Assembly: GCA_964016885.1 (NCBI GenBank)
Contig: OZ024742.1
Span: 6,882,001 to 6,946,000, forward strand
DNA: 64,000 nt
Direction of reading: 5' to 3'
Origin: Eledone cirrhosa
Taxonomy: Eukaryota
Part shown: positions 37,901-52,900 of the stretch, piece by piece
Numbering within the stretch: the first letter of the stretch is position 1
Layout of the letters: every line of letters begins with the position of its first letter
Translations under genes and position numbers: made by a program
The notes under the pieces: generated by a model
The model's input: only the letters and a program-made list of their open reading frames with translations
The model's database searches: none
What the model was told of the DNA's origin: nothing

Positions 37901-40900
37901 TCCAGTTCAGCCTTTCTCTGGTAATATACTGTCACCAACATCCAGTTCAGCCTATCTCTGGTAATATACTGTCACCACCATCCAGTTCAGCCTCTCACTG
38001 GTAATACACTGTCACTACCATCCAGTTCAGCCTCTCTCTGGTAATATACCGTCACCAACATCTAGTTCAGCCTCTTTCTGGTAATATACTGTCAACAACA
38101 TCCAGTTCAGCCTTTCTCTGGTAATATACTGTCACCAACATCCAGTTCAGCCTCTCTCTGGTAATGTACTGTCACCACCATCCAGTTCAGCCTCTCTATG
38201 GTAATATACTGTCACCAACATCTAGTTCAGCCTCTTTCTGGTAATATACTGTCACCAACATCCAGTTCAGCCATTCTCTGGTAATATACTGTCACCAACA
38301 TCCAGTTCAGCCTCTCTCTGGAAATATACTGTCACAAACACCCAGTTCAGCCTCTCTCTGGGAATATACTGTCACTACCATCCAGTTCAGGCTCTCTCTG
38401 GTAACATACTGTCACCACCATCCAGTTCAGCCTCTTTCTGGTAATATACTGTCACCAACATCCAGTTCAGCCTTTCTCTGGTAATATACTTTCACCAACA
38501 TCCAGTTCAGCCTCTCTCTGGTAATATACTGTCACCACCATCCAGTTCAGCCTCTCGATGGTAATATACTGTCACCAACATCTAGTTCAGCCTCTTTCTG
38601 GTAATATACTGTCACCAACATCCAGTTCAGCCTTTCTCTGGTAATATACTGTCACCAACATCCAGTTCAGCCTCTCTCTGGTAATATACTGTTACAAACA
38701 TACAGTTCAGCCTCTCTCTGGGAATATACTGTCACTACCATCCAGTTCAGCCTCTCTCTGGTAATATACCGTCACCAACATCTAGTTCAGTCTCTTTCTG
38801 GTAATATACTGTCACAAACATCCAGTTCAGCCTCTCTGTGGTAATATACTGTCACCAACATACAGTTCAGCCTCTCTCTGGTACTATACTGTCACCAACA
38901 TGCAGTTCAGCCTCTCTCTGGTAATATACTCTCACCAACATCCAGTTCAGCTTCTCTCTGGTAATATACTGTCACCAACATCCAGTTCAGCTTCTCTCTG
39001 GTAATATACTCTCACCAACATCCAGTTCAGCTTCTCTCTGTTAATATACTGTCACCAACACCCAGTTCAGCTGCTCTCTGGTGATATACTGTCACCAACA
39101 TCCAGTTCAGCTCCTCTCTGGCAATATACTGTCAACACCATCCAGTTCAGCTTCTCTCTGGTAATATACTGTCACCAACATCCAGTTCAGCCTCTCTCTG
39201 GTAATATACTGTCACCAACATCCAGTTCAGCTACTCTCTGGTGATAAACTGTCAAAAGCATCCAGTTCAGCTTCTCTCTGGTAATATACTGTTACCACGA
39301 TCCAGTTCAGCTTCTCTCTGCTAATATACTGTCACCAACATCCAGTTCAGCCTCTCTCTGGTAATATACTGTCACCAACATCCAGTTCAGCCTCTCTCTG
39401 GTAATATACTGTCACAAACATCCAGTTCAGCTTCTCTCTGTAAATATACGGCCACCAACATCCAGTTCAATTTCTCTCTGGTAATATACTGTCACCAACA
39501 TCCAGTTAAGCCTTTCTCTGGTAATATACTGTCACCAACATCCAGTTCAGCCTCTCCCTGGTAATATACTGTCATCACCATCCAGTTCAGCCTCTCTCTG
39601 GTAATATACTGTCACCAACATCCAGTTCAGCGTCTCTCTGGTAATATACTGTCACCACCATCCAGTTCAGCCTCTCTCTGGTAATATACTGTCACAAACA
39701 TCCAGTTCAGCATATCTCTGGTAATATACTGTCACTACCATCCAGTTCAGCCTCTCTCTGGTAATATACTGTCACTAACATCCAGTTCAGCCTCTTTCTG
39801 GTAATATACTGTCACCAACATCCAGTTCAGCCTTTCTCTGGTAATATACTGTCACCAACATCCAGTTCAGCCTCTCTCTGGTAACATACTGTCACCAACA
39901 TCCAGTTCAGCCTCTCTCTGGTAAAATACTGTCACCACCATCCAGTTCAGCCTCTCTCTGGTAATATACCGTCACCAACATCTAGTTCAGCCTCTTTCTG
40001 GTAATATACTGTCACCAACATCCAGTTCAGCCTTTCTCTGGTAATATACTGTCACCAACATCCAGTTCAGCCTCTCTCTGGTAATATACTGTCACCACCA
40101 TCCAGTTCAGCCTCTCTATGGTAATATACTGTCACCAACATCTAGTTCAGCCTCTTTCTGGTAATATACTGTCACCAACATCCAGTTCAGCCTTTCTCTG
40201 GTAATATACTCTCACCAACATCCAGTTCAGCCTCTCTCTGGTAATATACTGACACAAACATCCAGTTCAGCCTCTCTCTGGGACTTTACTGTCACTACCA
40301 TCCAGTTCAGCCTCTCTCTGGTAATATACTGTCACAAACATCCAGTTCAGCCTCTCTCTGGTAATATACTGTCACTACCATCCAGTTCAGCCTCTTTCTG
40401 GTAATATACTGTCACCAACATCCAGTTCAGCCTTTCTCTGGTAATATACTGTCACCAACATCCAGTTCAGCCTCTCTCTGGTAACATACTGTCACCAACA
40501 TCCAGTTCAGCCTCTCTCTGGTAATATACCGTCACCAACATCTAGTTCAGCCTCTTTCTGGTAATATACTGTCACCAACATCCAGTTCAGCCTTTCTCTG
40601 GTAACATAGTTTCACCAACATCCAGTTCAGCCTCTCTCTCGTAATATACTGTCACCACCATCCAGTTCAGCCTCTCGATGGTAATATACTGTCAACAACA
40701 TCTAGTTCATCCTCTTTCTGGTAATATACTGTCACCAACATCCAGTTCAGCCTTTCTCTGGTAATATACTGTCACCAACATCCAGTTCAGCCTCTCTCTG
40801 GTAATATAGTTTTACAAACATACAGTTCAGCCTCTCTCTGGGAATATACTGTCACTACTATCCAGTTCAGCCTCTCTCTGGTAATATACCGTCACCAACA

Positions 40901-43900
40901 TCTAGTTCAGCCTCTTTCTGGTACTATACTGTCACCAACATCCAGTTCAGCCTCTCTGTGGTAATATACTGTCACCAACATACAGTTCAGCCTCTCTCTG
41001 GTACTATACTGTCACCAACATGCAGTTCAGCCGCTCTCTGGTAATATACTCTCACCAACATCCAGTTCAGCTTCTCTCTGGTAATATACTGTCACCAACA
41101 TCCAGTTCAGCTTCTCTCTGGTAATATACTCTCACCAACATCCAGTTCAACTTCTCTCTGTTAATATACTGTCAGCAACACCCAGTTCAGCTGCTCTCTG
41201 GTGATATACTGTCACCAACATCCAGTTCAGCTCCTCTCTGGTAATATACTGTCAACACCATCCAGTTCAGCTTCTCTCTGGTAATATACTGTCATCAACA
41301 TCCAGTTCAGCCTCTCTATGGTAATATACTGTCAGCAACATCCAGTTCAGCTTCTCTCTGGTGATAAACTGTCAAAAACATCCAGTTCAGCTTCTCTCTG
41401 GTAATATACTGTTACCACGATCCAGTTCAGCTTCTCTCTGCTAATATACTGTCACCAACATCCAGTTCAGCCTCTCTCTGGTAATATACTGTCACCAACA
41501 TCCAGTTCAGCTTCTCTCTGGTAATATACTGTCACCACGATCCAGTTCAGCCTCTCTCTGGTAATATACTGTCACCGACACCCAGTCCATCTTCTCTCTG
41601 TTAATATACTGTCACCAACATCCAGTTCAGCTTCTCTCTGGTAATATACTGTCACCAACACCCAGTTCAGCTTCTCTCTGTTAATATACTGTCACCGACA
41701 CACAGTTCAGCTTCTCTCTCGTGATATACTGTCACCAACATCCAGTTCAGCTTCTCTCTGGTAATATACTGTCACCAACATCCAGTTTAGTTTCTCTCTG
41801 GTAATATAGTGTCACCAACATCTAGTACAGCCTCTCTCTGGTAATATACTGTCACCAACATCCAGTTCAGCTTCACTCCGGTGATATACGGTCACCAACA
41901 TCCAGTTCAATTTCTCTCTGGTAATATACTGTCACCAACATCCAGTTCAGTCTTTCTCTGGTAATATACTGTCACCAACATCCAGTTCAGCCTCTCTCTG
42001 GTAATATACTGTCACCACCATCCAGTTCAGCCTCTCACTGGTAATATACTGTCACTACCATCCAGTTCAGCCTCTCTCTGGTAATATACTGTCACTACCA
42101 TCCAGTTCAGCCTCTTTCTGGTAATATACTGTCACCAACATCCAGTTCAGCCTTTCTCTGGTAATATACTGTCGCCAACATCCAGTTCAGCCTCTCTCTG
42201 GTAAAATACTGTCACCACCATCCCGTTCAGCCTCTCTCTGGTAATATACCGTCACCAACATCTAGTTCAGCCTCTTTCTGGTAATATACTGTCACCAACA
42301 TCCAGTTCAGCCTTTCTCTGGTAATATACTGTCACCAACATCCAGTTCAGCCTCTCTCTGGTAATGTACTGTCACCACCATCCAGTTCAGCCTCTCTATG
42401 GTAATATACTGTCACCAACATCTAGTTCAGCCTCTTTCTGGTAATATACTGTCACCAACATCCAGTTCAGCCTTTCTCTGGTAATATACTGTCACCAACA
42501 TCCAGTTCAGCCTCTCTCTGGTAATATACTGTCACAAATACCCAGTTCAGCCTCTCTCTGGGAATATACTGTCACTACCACCCAGTTCAGCCTCTCTCTG
42601 GTAACATACTGTCACCACCATCCAGTTCAGCCTCTCTCTGGTAATATACCGTCACCAACATCTAGTTCAGCCTCTTTCTGGTAATATACTGTCACCAACA
42701 TCCAGTTCAGCCTTTCTCTGGTAATATACTGTCACCAACATCCAGTTCAGCCTCTCTCTGGTAATGTACTGTCACCACCATCCAGTTCAGCCTCTCTATG
42801 GTAATATACTGTCACCAACATCTAGTTCAGCCTCTTTCTGGTAATATACTGTCATCAACATCCAGTTCAGCCTTTCTCTGGTAATATACTGTCACCAACA
42901 TCCAGTTCAGCCTCTCTCTGGTAATATACTGTCACAAATACCCAGTTCAGCCTCTCTCTGGGAATATACTGTCACTACCATCCAGTTCAGCCTCTCTCTG
43001 GTAACATACTGTCACCACCATCCAGTTCAGCCTCTCTCTGGTAATATACCGTCACCAACATCTAGTTCAGCCTCTTTCTGGTAATATAATGTCACCAACA
43101 TCCAGTTCAGCCTTTCTCTGGTAATATACTTTCACCAACATCCAGTTCAGCCTCTCTCTGGTAATATACTGTCACCACCATCCAGTTCAGCCTCTCGATA
43201 GTAATATACTGTCACCAACATCTAGTTCAGCCTCTTTCTGGTAATATACTGTCACCAACATCCAGTTCAGCCTTTCTCTGGTAATATACTGTCACTACCA
43301 TCCAGTTCAGCCTCTCTCTGGTAATATACTGTCACCAACATCCAGTTCAGCCTCTCTCTGGGAATATACTGTTACAAACATACAGTTCAGCCTCTATCTG
43401 GGAATATACTGTCACTACCATCCAGTTCAGCCTCTCTCTGGTAATGTACCGTCACCAACATCTAGTTCAGCCTCTTTCTGGTAATATACTGTCACCAACA
43501 TCCAGTTCAGCCTCTCTGTGGTAATATACTGTCACCAACATACAGTTCAGCCTCTCTCTGATACTATACTGTCACCAACATGCAGTTCAGCCTCTATCTG
43601 GTAATATACTCTCACCAACATCCAGTTCAGCTTCTCTCTGGTAATATACTGTCACCAACATCCAGTTCAGCTTCTCTCTGGTAATATACTCTCACCAACA
43701 TCCAGTTCAGCTTCTCTCTGGTAATATACTGTCACCAACATCCAGTTCAGCTTCTCTCTGGTAATATACTCTCACCAACATCCAGTTCAACTTCTCTCTG
43801 TTAATATACTGTCAGCAACACCCAGTTCAGCTGCTCTCTGGTGATATACTGTCACCAACATCCAGTTCAGCTCCTCTCTGGTAATATACTGTCAACACCA

Positions 43901-46900
43901 TCCAGTTCAGCTTCTCTCTGGTAATATACTGTCATCAACATCCAGTTCAGCCTCTCTATGGTAATATACTGTCAGCAACATCCAGTTCAGCTTCTCTCTG
44001 GTAATAAACTGTCAAAAGCATCCAGTTCAGCTTCTCTCTGGTAATATACTGTTACCACGATCCAGTTCAGCTTCTCTCTGCTAATATACTGTCACCAACA
44101 TCCAGTTCAGCCTCTCTCTGGTAATATACTGTCACCAACATCCAGTTCAGCTTCTCTCTGGTAATATACTGTCACCACCATCCAGTTCAGCCTCTCTCTG
44201 GTAATATACTGTCACCGACACCCAGTCCATCTTCTCTCTGTTAATATACTGTCACCAACATCCAGTTCAGCTTCTCTCTGGTAATATACTGTCACCAACA
44301 CCCAGTTCAGCTTCTCTCTGTTAATATACTGTCACCGACACACAGTTCAGCTTCTCTCTCGTGATATACTGTCAACACATCCAGTTCAGCTTCTCTCTGG
44401 TAATATACTGTCACCAACATCCAGTTTAGTTTCTCTCTGGTAATATAGTGTCACCAACATCTAGTACAGCCTCTCTCTGGTAATATACTGTCACCAACAT
44501 CCAGTTCAGCTTCACTCCGGTGATATACGTTCACCAACATCCAGTTCAATTTCTCTCTGGTAATATACTGTCACCAACATCCAGTTCAGTCTTTCTCTGG
44601 TAATATACTGTCACCAACATCCAGTTCAGCCTCTCTCTGGTAATATACTGTCACCACCATCCAGTTCAGCCTCTCACTGGTAATATACTGTCACTACCAT
44701 CCAGTTCAGCCTCTCTCTGGTAATATACTGTCACTACCATCCAGTTCAGCCTCTTTCTGGTAATATACTGTCACCAACATCCAGTTCAGCCTTTCTCTGG
44801 TAATATACTGTCGCCAACATCCAGTTCAGCCTCTCTCTGGTAAAATACTGTCACCACCATCCAGTTCAGCCTCTCTCTGGTAATATACCGTCACCAACAT
44901 CTAGTTCAGCCTCTTTCTGGTAATATACTGTCACCAACATCCAGTTCAGCCTTTCTCTGGTAATATACTGTCACCAACATACAGTTCAGCCTCTCTCTGG
45001 TACTATACTGTCACCAACATGCAGTTCAGCCTCTATCTGGTAATATACTCTCACCAACATCCAGTTCAGCTTCTCTCTGGTAATATACTGTCACCAACAT
45101 CCAGTTCAGCTTCTCTCTGGTAATATACTCTCACCAACATCCAGTTCAGCTTCTCTCTGGTAATATACTGTCACCAACATCCAGTTCAGCTTCTCTCTGG
45201 TAATATACTCTCACCAACATCCAGTTCAACTTCTCTCTGTTAATATACTGTCAGCAACACCCAGTTCAGCTGCTCTCTGGTGATATACTGTCACCAACAT
45301 CCAGTTCAGCTCCTCTCTGGTAATATACTGTCAACACCATCCAGTTCAGCTTCTCTCTGGTAATATACTGTCATCAACATCCAGTTCAGCCTCTCTATGG
45401 TAATATACTGTCAGCAACATCCAGTTCAGCTTCTCTCTGGTAATAAACTGTCAAAAGCATCCAGTTCAGCTTCTCTCTGGTAATATACTGTTACCACGAT
45501 CCAGTTCAGCTTCTCTCTGCTAATATACTGTCACCAACATCCAGTTCAGCCTCTCTCTGGTAATATACTGTCACCAACATCCAGTTCAGCTTCTCTCTGG
45601 TAATATACTGTCACCACCATCCAGTTCAGCCTCTCTCTGGTAATATACTGTCACCGACACCCAGTCCATCTTCTCTCTGTTAATATACTGTCACCAACAT
45701 CCAGTTCAGCTTCTCTCTGGTAATATACTGTCACCAACACCCAGTTCAGCTTCTCTCTGTTAATATACTGTCACCGACACACAGTTCAGCTTCTCTCTCG
45801 TGATATACTGTCAACACATCCAGTTCAGCTTCTCTCTGGTAATATACTGTCACCAACATCCAGTTTAGTTTCTCTCTGGTAATATAGTGTCACCAACATC
45901 TAGTACAGCCTCTCTCTGGTAATATACTGTCACCAACATCCAGTTCAGCTTCACTCCGGTGATATACGGTCACCAACATCCAGTTCAATTTCTCTCTGGT
46001 AATATACTGTCACGAACATCCAGTTCAGTCTTTCTCTGGTAATATACTGTCACCAACATCCAGTTCAGCCTCTCTCTGGTAATATACTGTCACCACCATC
46101 CAGTTCAGCCTCTCACTGGTAATATACTGTCACTACCATCCAGTTCAGCCTCTCTCTGGTAATATACTGTCACTACCATCCAGTTCAGCCTCTTTCTGGT
46201 AATATACTGTCACCTACATCCAGTTCAGCCTTTCTCTGGTAATATACTGTCGCCAACATCCAGTTCAGCCTCTCTCTGGTAAAATACTGTCACCACCATC
46301 CAGTTCAGCCTCTCTCTGGTAATATACCGTCACCAACATCTAGTTCAGCCTCTTTCTGGTAATATACTGTCACCAACATCCAGTTCAGCCTTTCTCTGGT
46401 AATATACTGTCACCAACATCCAGTTCAGCCTCTCTCTGGTAATGTACTGTCACCACCATCCAGTTCAGCCTCTCTATGGTAATATACTGTCACCAACATC
46501 TAGTTCAGCCTCTTTCTGGTAATATACTGTCACCAACATCCAGTTCAGCCTTTCTCTGGTAATATACTGTCACCAACATCCAGTTCAGCCTCTCTCTGGT
46601 AATATACTGTCACAAATACCCAGTTCAGCCTCTCTCTGGGAATATACTGTCACTACCACCCAGTTCAGCCTCTCTCTGGTAACATACTGTCACCACCATC
46701 CAGTTCAGCCTCTCTCTGGTAATATACCGTCACCAACATCTAGTTCAGCCTCTTTCTGGTAATATACTGTCACCAACATCCAGTTCAGCCTTTCTCTGGT
46801 AATATACTGTCACCAACATCCAGTTCAGCCTCTCTCTGGTAATGTACTGTCACCACCATCCAGTTCAGCCTCTCTATGGTAATATACTGTCACCAACATC

Positions 46901-49900
46901 TAGTTCAGCCTCTTTCTGGTAATATTCTGTCACCAACATCCAGTTCAGCCTTTCTCTGGTAATATACTGTCACCAACATCCAGTTCAGCCTCTCTCTGGT
47001 AATATACTGTCACAAATACCCAGTTCAGCCTCTCTCTGGGAATATACTGTCACTACCATCCAGTTCAGCCTCTCTCTGGTAACATACTGTCACCACCATC
47101 CAGTTCAGCCTCTCTCTGGTAATATACCGTCACCAACATCTAGTTCAGCCTCTTTCTGGTAATATAATGTCACCAACATCCAGTTCAGCCTTTCTCTGGT
47201 AATATACTTTCACCAACATCCAGTTCAGCCTCTCTCTGGTAATATACTTTCACCACCATCCAGTTCAGCCTCTCGATAGTAATATACTGTCACCAACATC
47301 TAGTTCAGCCTCTTTCTGGTAATATACTGTCACCAACATCCAGTTCAACCTTTCTCTGGTAATATACTGTCACTACCATCCAGTTCAGCCTCTCTCTGGT
47401 AATATACTGTCACCAACATCCAGTTCAGCCTCTCTCTGGGAATATACTGTTACAAACATACAGTTCAGCCTCTATCTGGGAATATACTGTCACTACCATC
47501 CAGTTCAGCCTCTCTCTGGTAATGTACCGTCACCAACATCTAGTTCAGCCTCTTTCTGGTAATATACTGTCACCAACATCCAGTTCAGCCTCTCTGTGGT
47601 AATATACTGTCACCAACATACAGTTCAGCCTCTCTCTGGTACTATACTGTCACCAACATGCAGTTCAGCCTCTCTCTGGTAATATACTCTCACCAACATC
47701 CAGTTCAGCTTCTCTCTGGTAATATACTGTCACCAACATCCAGTTCAGCTTCTCTCTGGTAATATACTCTCACCAACATCCAGTTCAGCTTCTCTCTGTT
47801 AATATACTGTCACCAACACCCAATTCAGCTGCTCTCTGGTGATATACTGTCACCAACATCCAGTTCAGCTCCTCTCTGGCAATATACTGTCAACACCATC
47901 CAGTTCAGCTTCTCTCTTGTAATATACTGTCACCAACATCCAGTTCAGCCTCTCTCTGGTAATATACTGTCACCAACATCCAGTTCAGCTTCTCTCTGGT
48001 GATAAAGTGTCAAAAGCATCCAGTTCAGCTTCTCTCTGGTAATATACTGTTACCACGATCCAGTTCAGCCTCTCTCTGGTAATATACTGTCACCAACATC
48101 CAGTTCAGCTTCACTCCGGTGATATACGGTCACCAACATCCAGTTCAATTTCTCTCTGGTAATATACTGTCACCAACATCCAGTTCAGCCTTTCTCTGGT
48201 AATATACTGTCACCAACATCCAGTTCAGCCTCTCTCTGGTAATATACTGTCACCACCATCCAGTTCAGCCTCTCACTGGTAATATACTGTCACTACCATC
48301 CAGTTCAGCCTCTCTCTGGTAATATACTGTCACTACCATCCAGTTCAGCCTCCTTCTGGTAATATACTGTCACCAACATCCAGTTCAGCCTTTCTCTGGT
48401 AATATACTGTCGCCAACATCCAGTTCAGCCTCTCTCTGGTAAAATACTGTCACCACCATCGAGTTCAGCCTCTCTCTGGTAATATACCGTCACCAACATC
48501 TAGTTCAGCCTCTTTCTGGTAATATACTGTCACCATCATCCAGTTCAGTCTTTCTCTGGTAATATACTGTCACCAACATCCAGTTCAGCCTCTCTCTCGT
48601 AATGTACTGTCACCACCATCCAGTTCAGCCTCTCTATGGTAATATACTGTCACCAACATCTAGTTCAGACTCTTTCTGGTAATATACTGTCACCAACATC
48701 CAGTTCAGCCTTTCTCTGGTAGTATACTGTCACCAACATCCAGTTCAGCCTCTCTCTGGTAATATACTGTCACAAATACCCAGTTCAGCCTCTCTCTGGG
48801 AATATACTGTCACTACCATCCAGTTCAGCCTCTCTCTGGTAACATACTGTCACCACCATCCAGTTCAGCCTCTCTCTGGTAATATACCGTCACCAACATC
48901 TAGTTCAGCCTCTTTCTGGTAATATACTGTCACCAACATCCAGTTCAGCCTTTCTCTGGTAATATACTTTCACCAACATCCAGTTCAGCCTCTCTCTGGT
49001 AATATACTGTCACCACCATCCAGTTCAGCCTCTCGATAGTAATATACTGTCACCAACATCTAGTTCAGCCTCTTTCTGGTAATATACTGTCACCACCATC
49101 CAGTTCAGCCTCTCTCTGGTAATATACCGTCACCAACATCTAGTTCAGCCTCTTTCTGGTAATATACTGTCACCAACATCCAGTTCAGCCTTTCTCTGGT
49201 AATATACTGTCACCAACATGCAGTTCAGCCGCTCTCTGGTAATATACTCTCACCAACATCCAGTTCAGCTTCTCTCTGGTAATATACTGTCACCAACATC
49301 CAGTTCAGCTTCTCTCTGGTAATATACTCTCACCAACATCCAGTTCAGCTTCTCTCTGTTAATATACTGTCAGCAACACCCAGTTCAGCTGCTCTCTGGT
49401 GATATACTGTCACCAACATCCAGTTCAGCTCCTCTCTGGTAATATACTGTCAACACCATCCAGTTCAGCTTCTCTCTGGTAATATACTGTCACCAACATC
49501 CAGTTCAGCCTCTCTCTGGTAATATACTGTCAGCAACATCCAGTTCAGCTTCTCTCTGGTGATAAACTGTCAAAAGCATCCAGTTCAGCTTCTCTCTGGT
49601 AATATACTGTTACCACGATCCAGTTCAGCTTCTCTCTGCTAATATACTGTCACCAACATTCAGTTCAGCCTCTCTCTGGTAATATACTGTCACCAACATC
49701 CATTTCAGCTTCTCTCTGGTAATATACTGTCACCACCATCCAGTTCAGCCTCTCTCTGGTAATATACTCTCACCGACACCCAGTCCAGCTTCTCTCTGTT
49801 AATATACTGTCACCAACATCCAGTTCAGCTTCTCTCTAGTAATATACTGTCACCAACACCCAGTTCAGCTTCTCTCTGTTAATATACTGTCACCAACACA

Positions 49901-52900
49901 GAGTTCAGCTTCTCTCTCGTGATATACTGTCACCAACATCCAGTTCAGCTTCTCTCTGGTAATATACTGTCACCAACATCCAGTTTAGTTTCTCTCTGGT
50001 AATATAGTGTCACCAACATCTAGTACAGCCTCTCTCTGGTAATATACTGTCACCAACATCCAGTTCAGCTTCACTCCGGTGATATACGGTCACCAACATC
50101 CAGTTCAATTTCTCTCTGGTAATATACTGTCACCAACATCCAGTTCAGCCTTTCTCTGGTAATATACTGTCACCAAAATCCAGTTCAGCCTCTCTCTGGT
50201 AATATACTGTCACCACCATCGAGTTCAGCCTCTCACTGGTAATATACTGTCACTACCATCCAGTTCAGCCTCTCTCTGGTAATATACTGTCACTACCATC
50301 CAGTTCAGCCTCTTTCTGGTAATATACTGTCACCAACATCCAGTTCAGCCTGTCTCTGGTAATATACTGTCGCCAACATCCAGTTCAGCCTCTCTCTGGT
50401 AATATACTGTCACCACCATCCAGTTCAGCCTCTCTCTGGTAATATACCGTCACCAACATCTAGTTCAGCCTCTTTCTGGTAATATACTGTCACCAACATC
50501 CAGTTCAGCCTTTCTCTGGTAATATACTGTCACCAACATCCAGTTCAGCCTCTCTCTGGTAATGTACTGTCACCACCATCCAGTTCAGCCTCTCTATGGT
50601 AATATACTGTCACCAACATCTAGTTCAGCCTCTTTCTGGTAATATACTGTCACCAACATCCAGTTCAGCCTCTCTGTGGTAATATACTGTCACCAACATC
50701 CAGTTCAGCCTCTCTCTGGTAATATACTGTCACAAACACCCAGTTCAGCCTCTCTCTGGGAATATACTGTCACTACCATCCAGTTCAGGCTCTCTCTGGT
50801 AACATACTGTCACCACCATCCAGTTCAGCCTCTCTCTGGTAATATACCGTCACCAACATCTAGTTCAGCCTCTTTCTGGTAATATACTGTCACCAACATC
50901 CAGTTCAGCCTTTCTCTGGTAATATACTTTCACATACATCCAGTTCAGCCTCTCTCTGGTAATATACTGTCACCACCATCCAGTTCAGCCTCTCGATGGT
51001 AATATACTGTCACCAACATCTAGTTCAGCCTCTTTCTGGTAATATACTGTCACCAACATCCAGTTCAGCCTTTCTCTGGTAATATACTGTCACCAACATC
51101 CAGTTCAGCCTCTCTCTGGTAATATACTGTTACAAACATACAGTTCAGCCTCTCTCTGGGAATATACTGTCACTACCATTCAGTTCAGCCTCTCTCTGGT
51201 AATATACCGTCACCAACATCTAGTTCAGCCTCTTTCTGGTAATATACTGTCACCAACATCCAGTTCAGCCTCTCTGTGGTAATATACTGTCACCAACATA
51301 CAGTTCAGCCTCTCTCTGGTACTATACTGTCACCAACATGCAGTTCAGCCTCTCTCTGGTAATATACTCTCACCAACATCCAGTTCAGCTTCTCTCTGGT
51401 AATATACTGTCACCAACATCCAGTTCAGCTTCTCTCTGGTAATATACTCTCACCAACATCCAGTTCAGCTTCTCTCTGTTAATATACTGTCACCAACACC
51501 CAGTTCAGCTGCTCTCTGGTGATATACTGTCACCAACATCCAGTTCAGCTCCTCTCTGGCAATATACTGTCAACACCATCCAGTTCAGCTTCTCTCTGGT
51601 AATATACTGTCACCAACATCCAGTTCAGCCTCTCTCTGGTAATATACTGTCACCAACATCCAGTTCGGCTTCTCTCTGGTGATAAACTGTCAAAAGCATC
51701 CAGTTCAGCTTCTCTCTGGTAATATACTGTTACCACGATCCAGTTCAGCTTCTCTCTGCTAATATACTGTCACCAACATCCAGTTCAGCCTCTCTCTGGT
51801 AATATACTGTCACCAACATCCAGTTCAGCCTCTCTCTGGTAATATACTGTCACAAACATCCAGTTCAGCTTCTCTCTGTTAATATACGGCCACCAACATC
51901 CAGTTCAATTTCTCTCTGGTAATATACTGTCACCAACATCCAGTTCAGCCTCTCTCTGGTAATATACTGTCATCACCATCCAGTTCAGCCTCTCTCTGGT
52001 AATATACTGTCACCAACATCCAGTTCAGCGTCTCTCTGGTAATATACTGTCACCACCATCCAGTTCAGCCTCTCTCTGGTAATATACTGTCACAAACATC
52101 CAGTTCAGCATATCTCTGGTAATATACTGTCAATACCATCCAGTTCAGCCTCTCTCTGGTAATATACTGTCACTAACATCCAGTTCAGCCTCTTTCTGGT
52201 AATATACTGTCACCAACATCCAGTTCAGCCTTTCTCTGGTAATATACTGTCACCAACATCCAGTTCAGCCTCTCTCTGGTAACATACTGTCACCAACATC
52301 CAGTTCAGCCTCTCTCTGGTAATATACTGTCACCAACATCCAGTTCAGCCTCTCTCTGGTAAAATACTGTCACCACCATCCAGTTCAGCCTCTCTCTGGT
52401 AATATACCGTCACCAACATCTAGTTCAGCCTCTTTCTGGTAATATACTGTCACCAACATCCAGTTCAGCCTTTCTCTGGTAATATACTGTCACCAACATC
52501 CAGTTCAGCCTCTCTCTGGTAATATTCTGTCACCACCATCCAGTTCAGCCTCTCTATGGTAATATACTGTAAACCAACATCTAGTTCAGCCTCTTTCTGG
52601 TAATATACTGTCACCAACATCCAGTTCAGCCTTTCTCTGGTAATATATTGTCACCAACATCCAGTTCAGCCTCTCTCTGGTAATATACTGTCACAAACAT
52701 CCAGTTCAGCCTCTCTCTGGGAATATACTGTCACTACCATCCAGTTCAGCCTCTCTCTGGTAATATACTGTCACAAACATCCAGTTCAGCCTCTCTCTGG
52801 TAATATACTGTCACTACCATCCAGTTCAGCCTCTTTCTGGTAATATACTGTCACCAACATCCAGTTCAGACTTTCTCCGGTAATATACTATCACCAACAT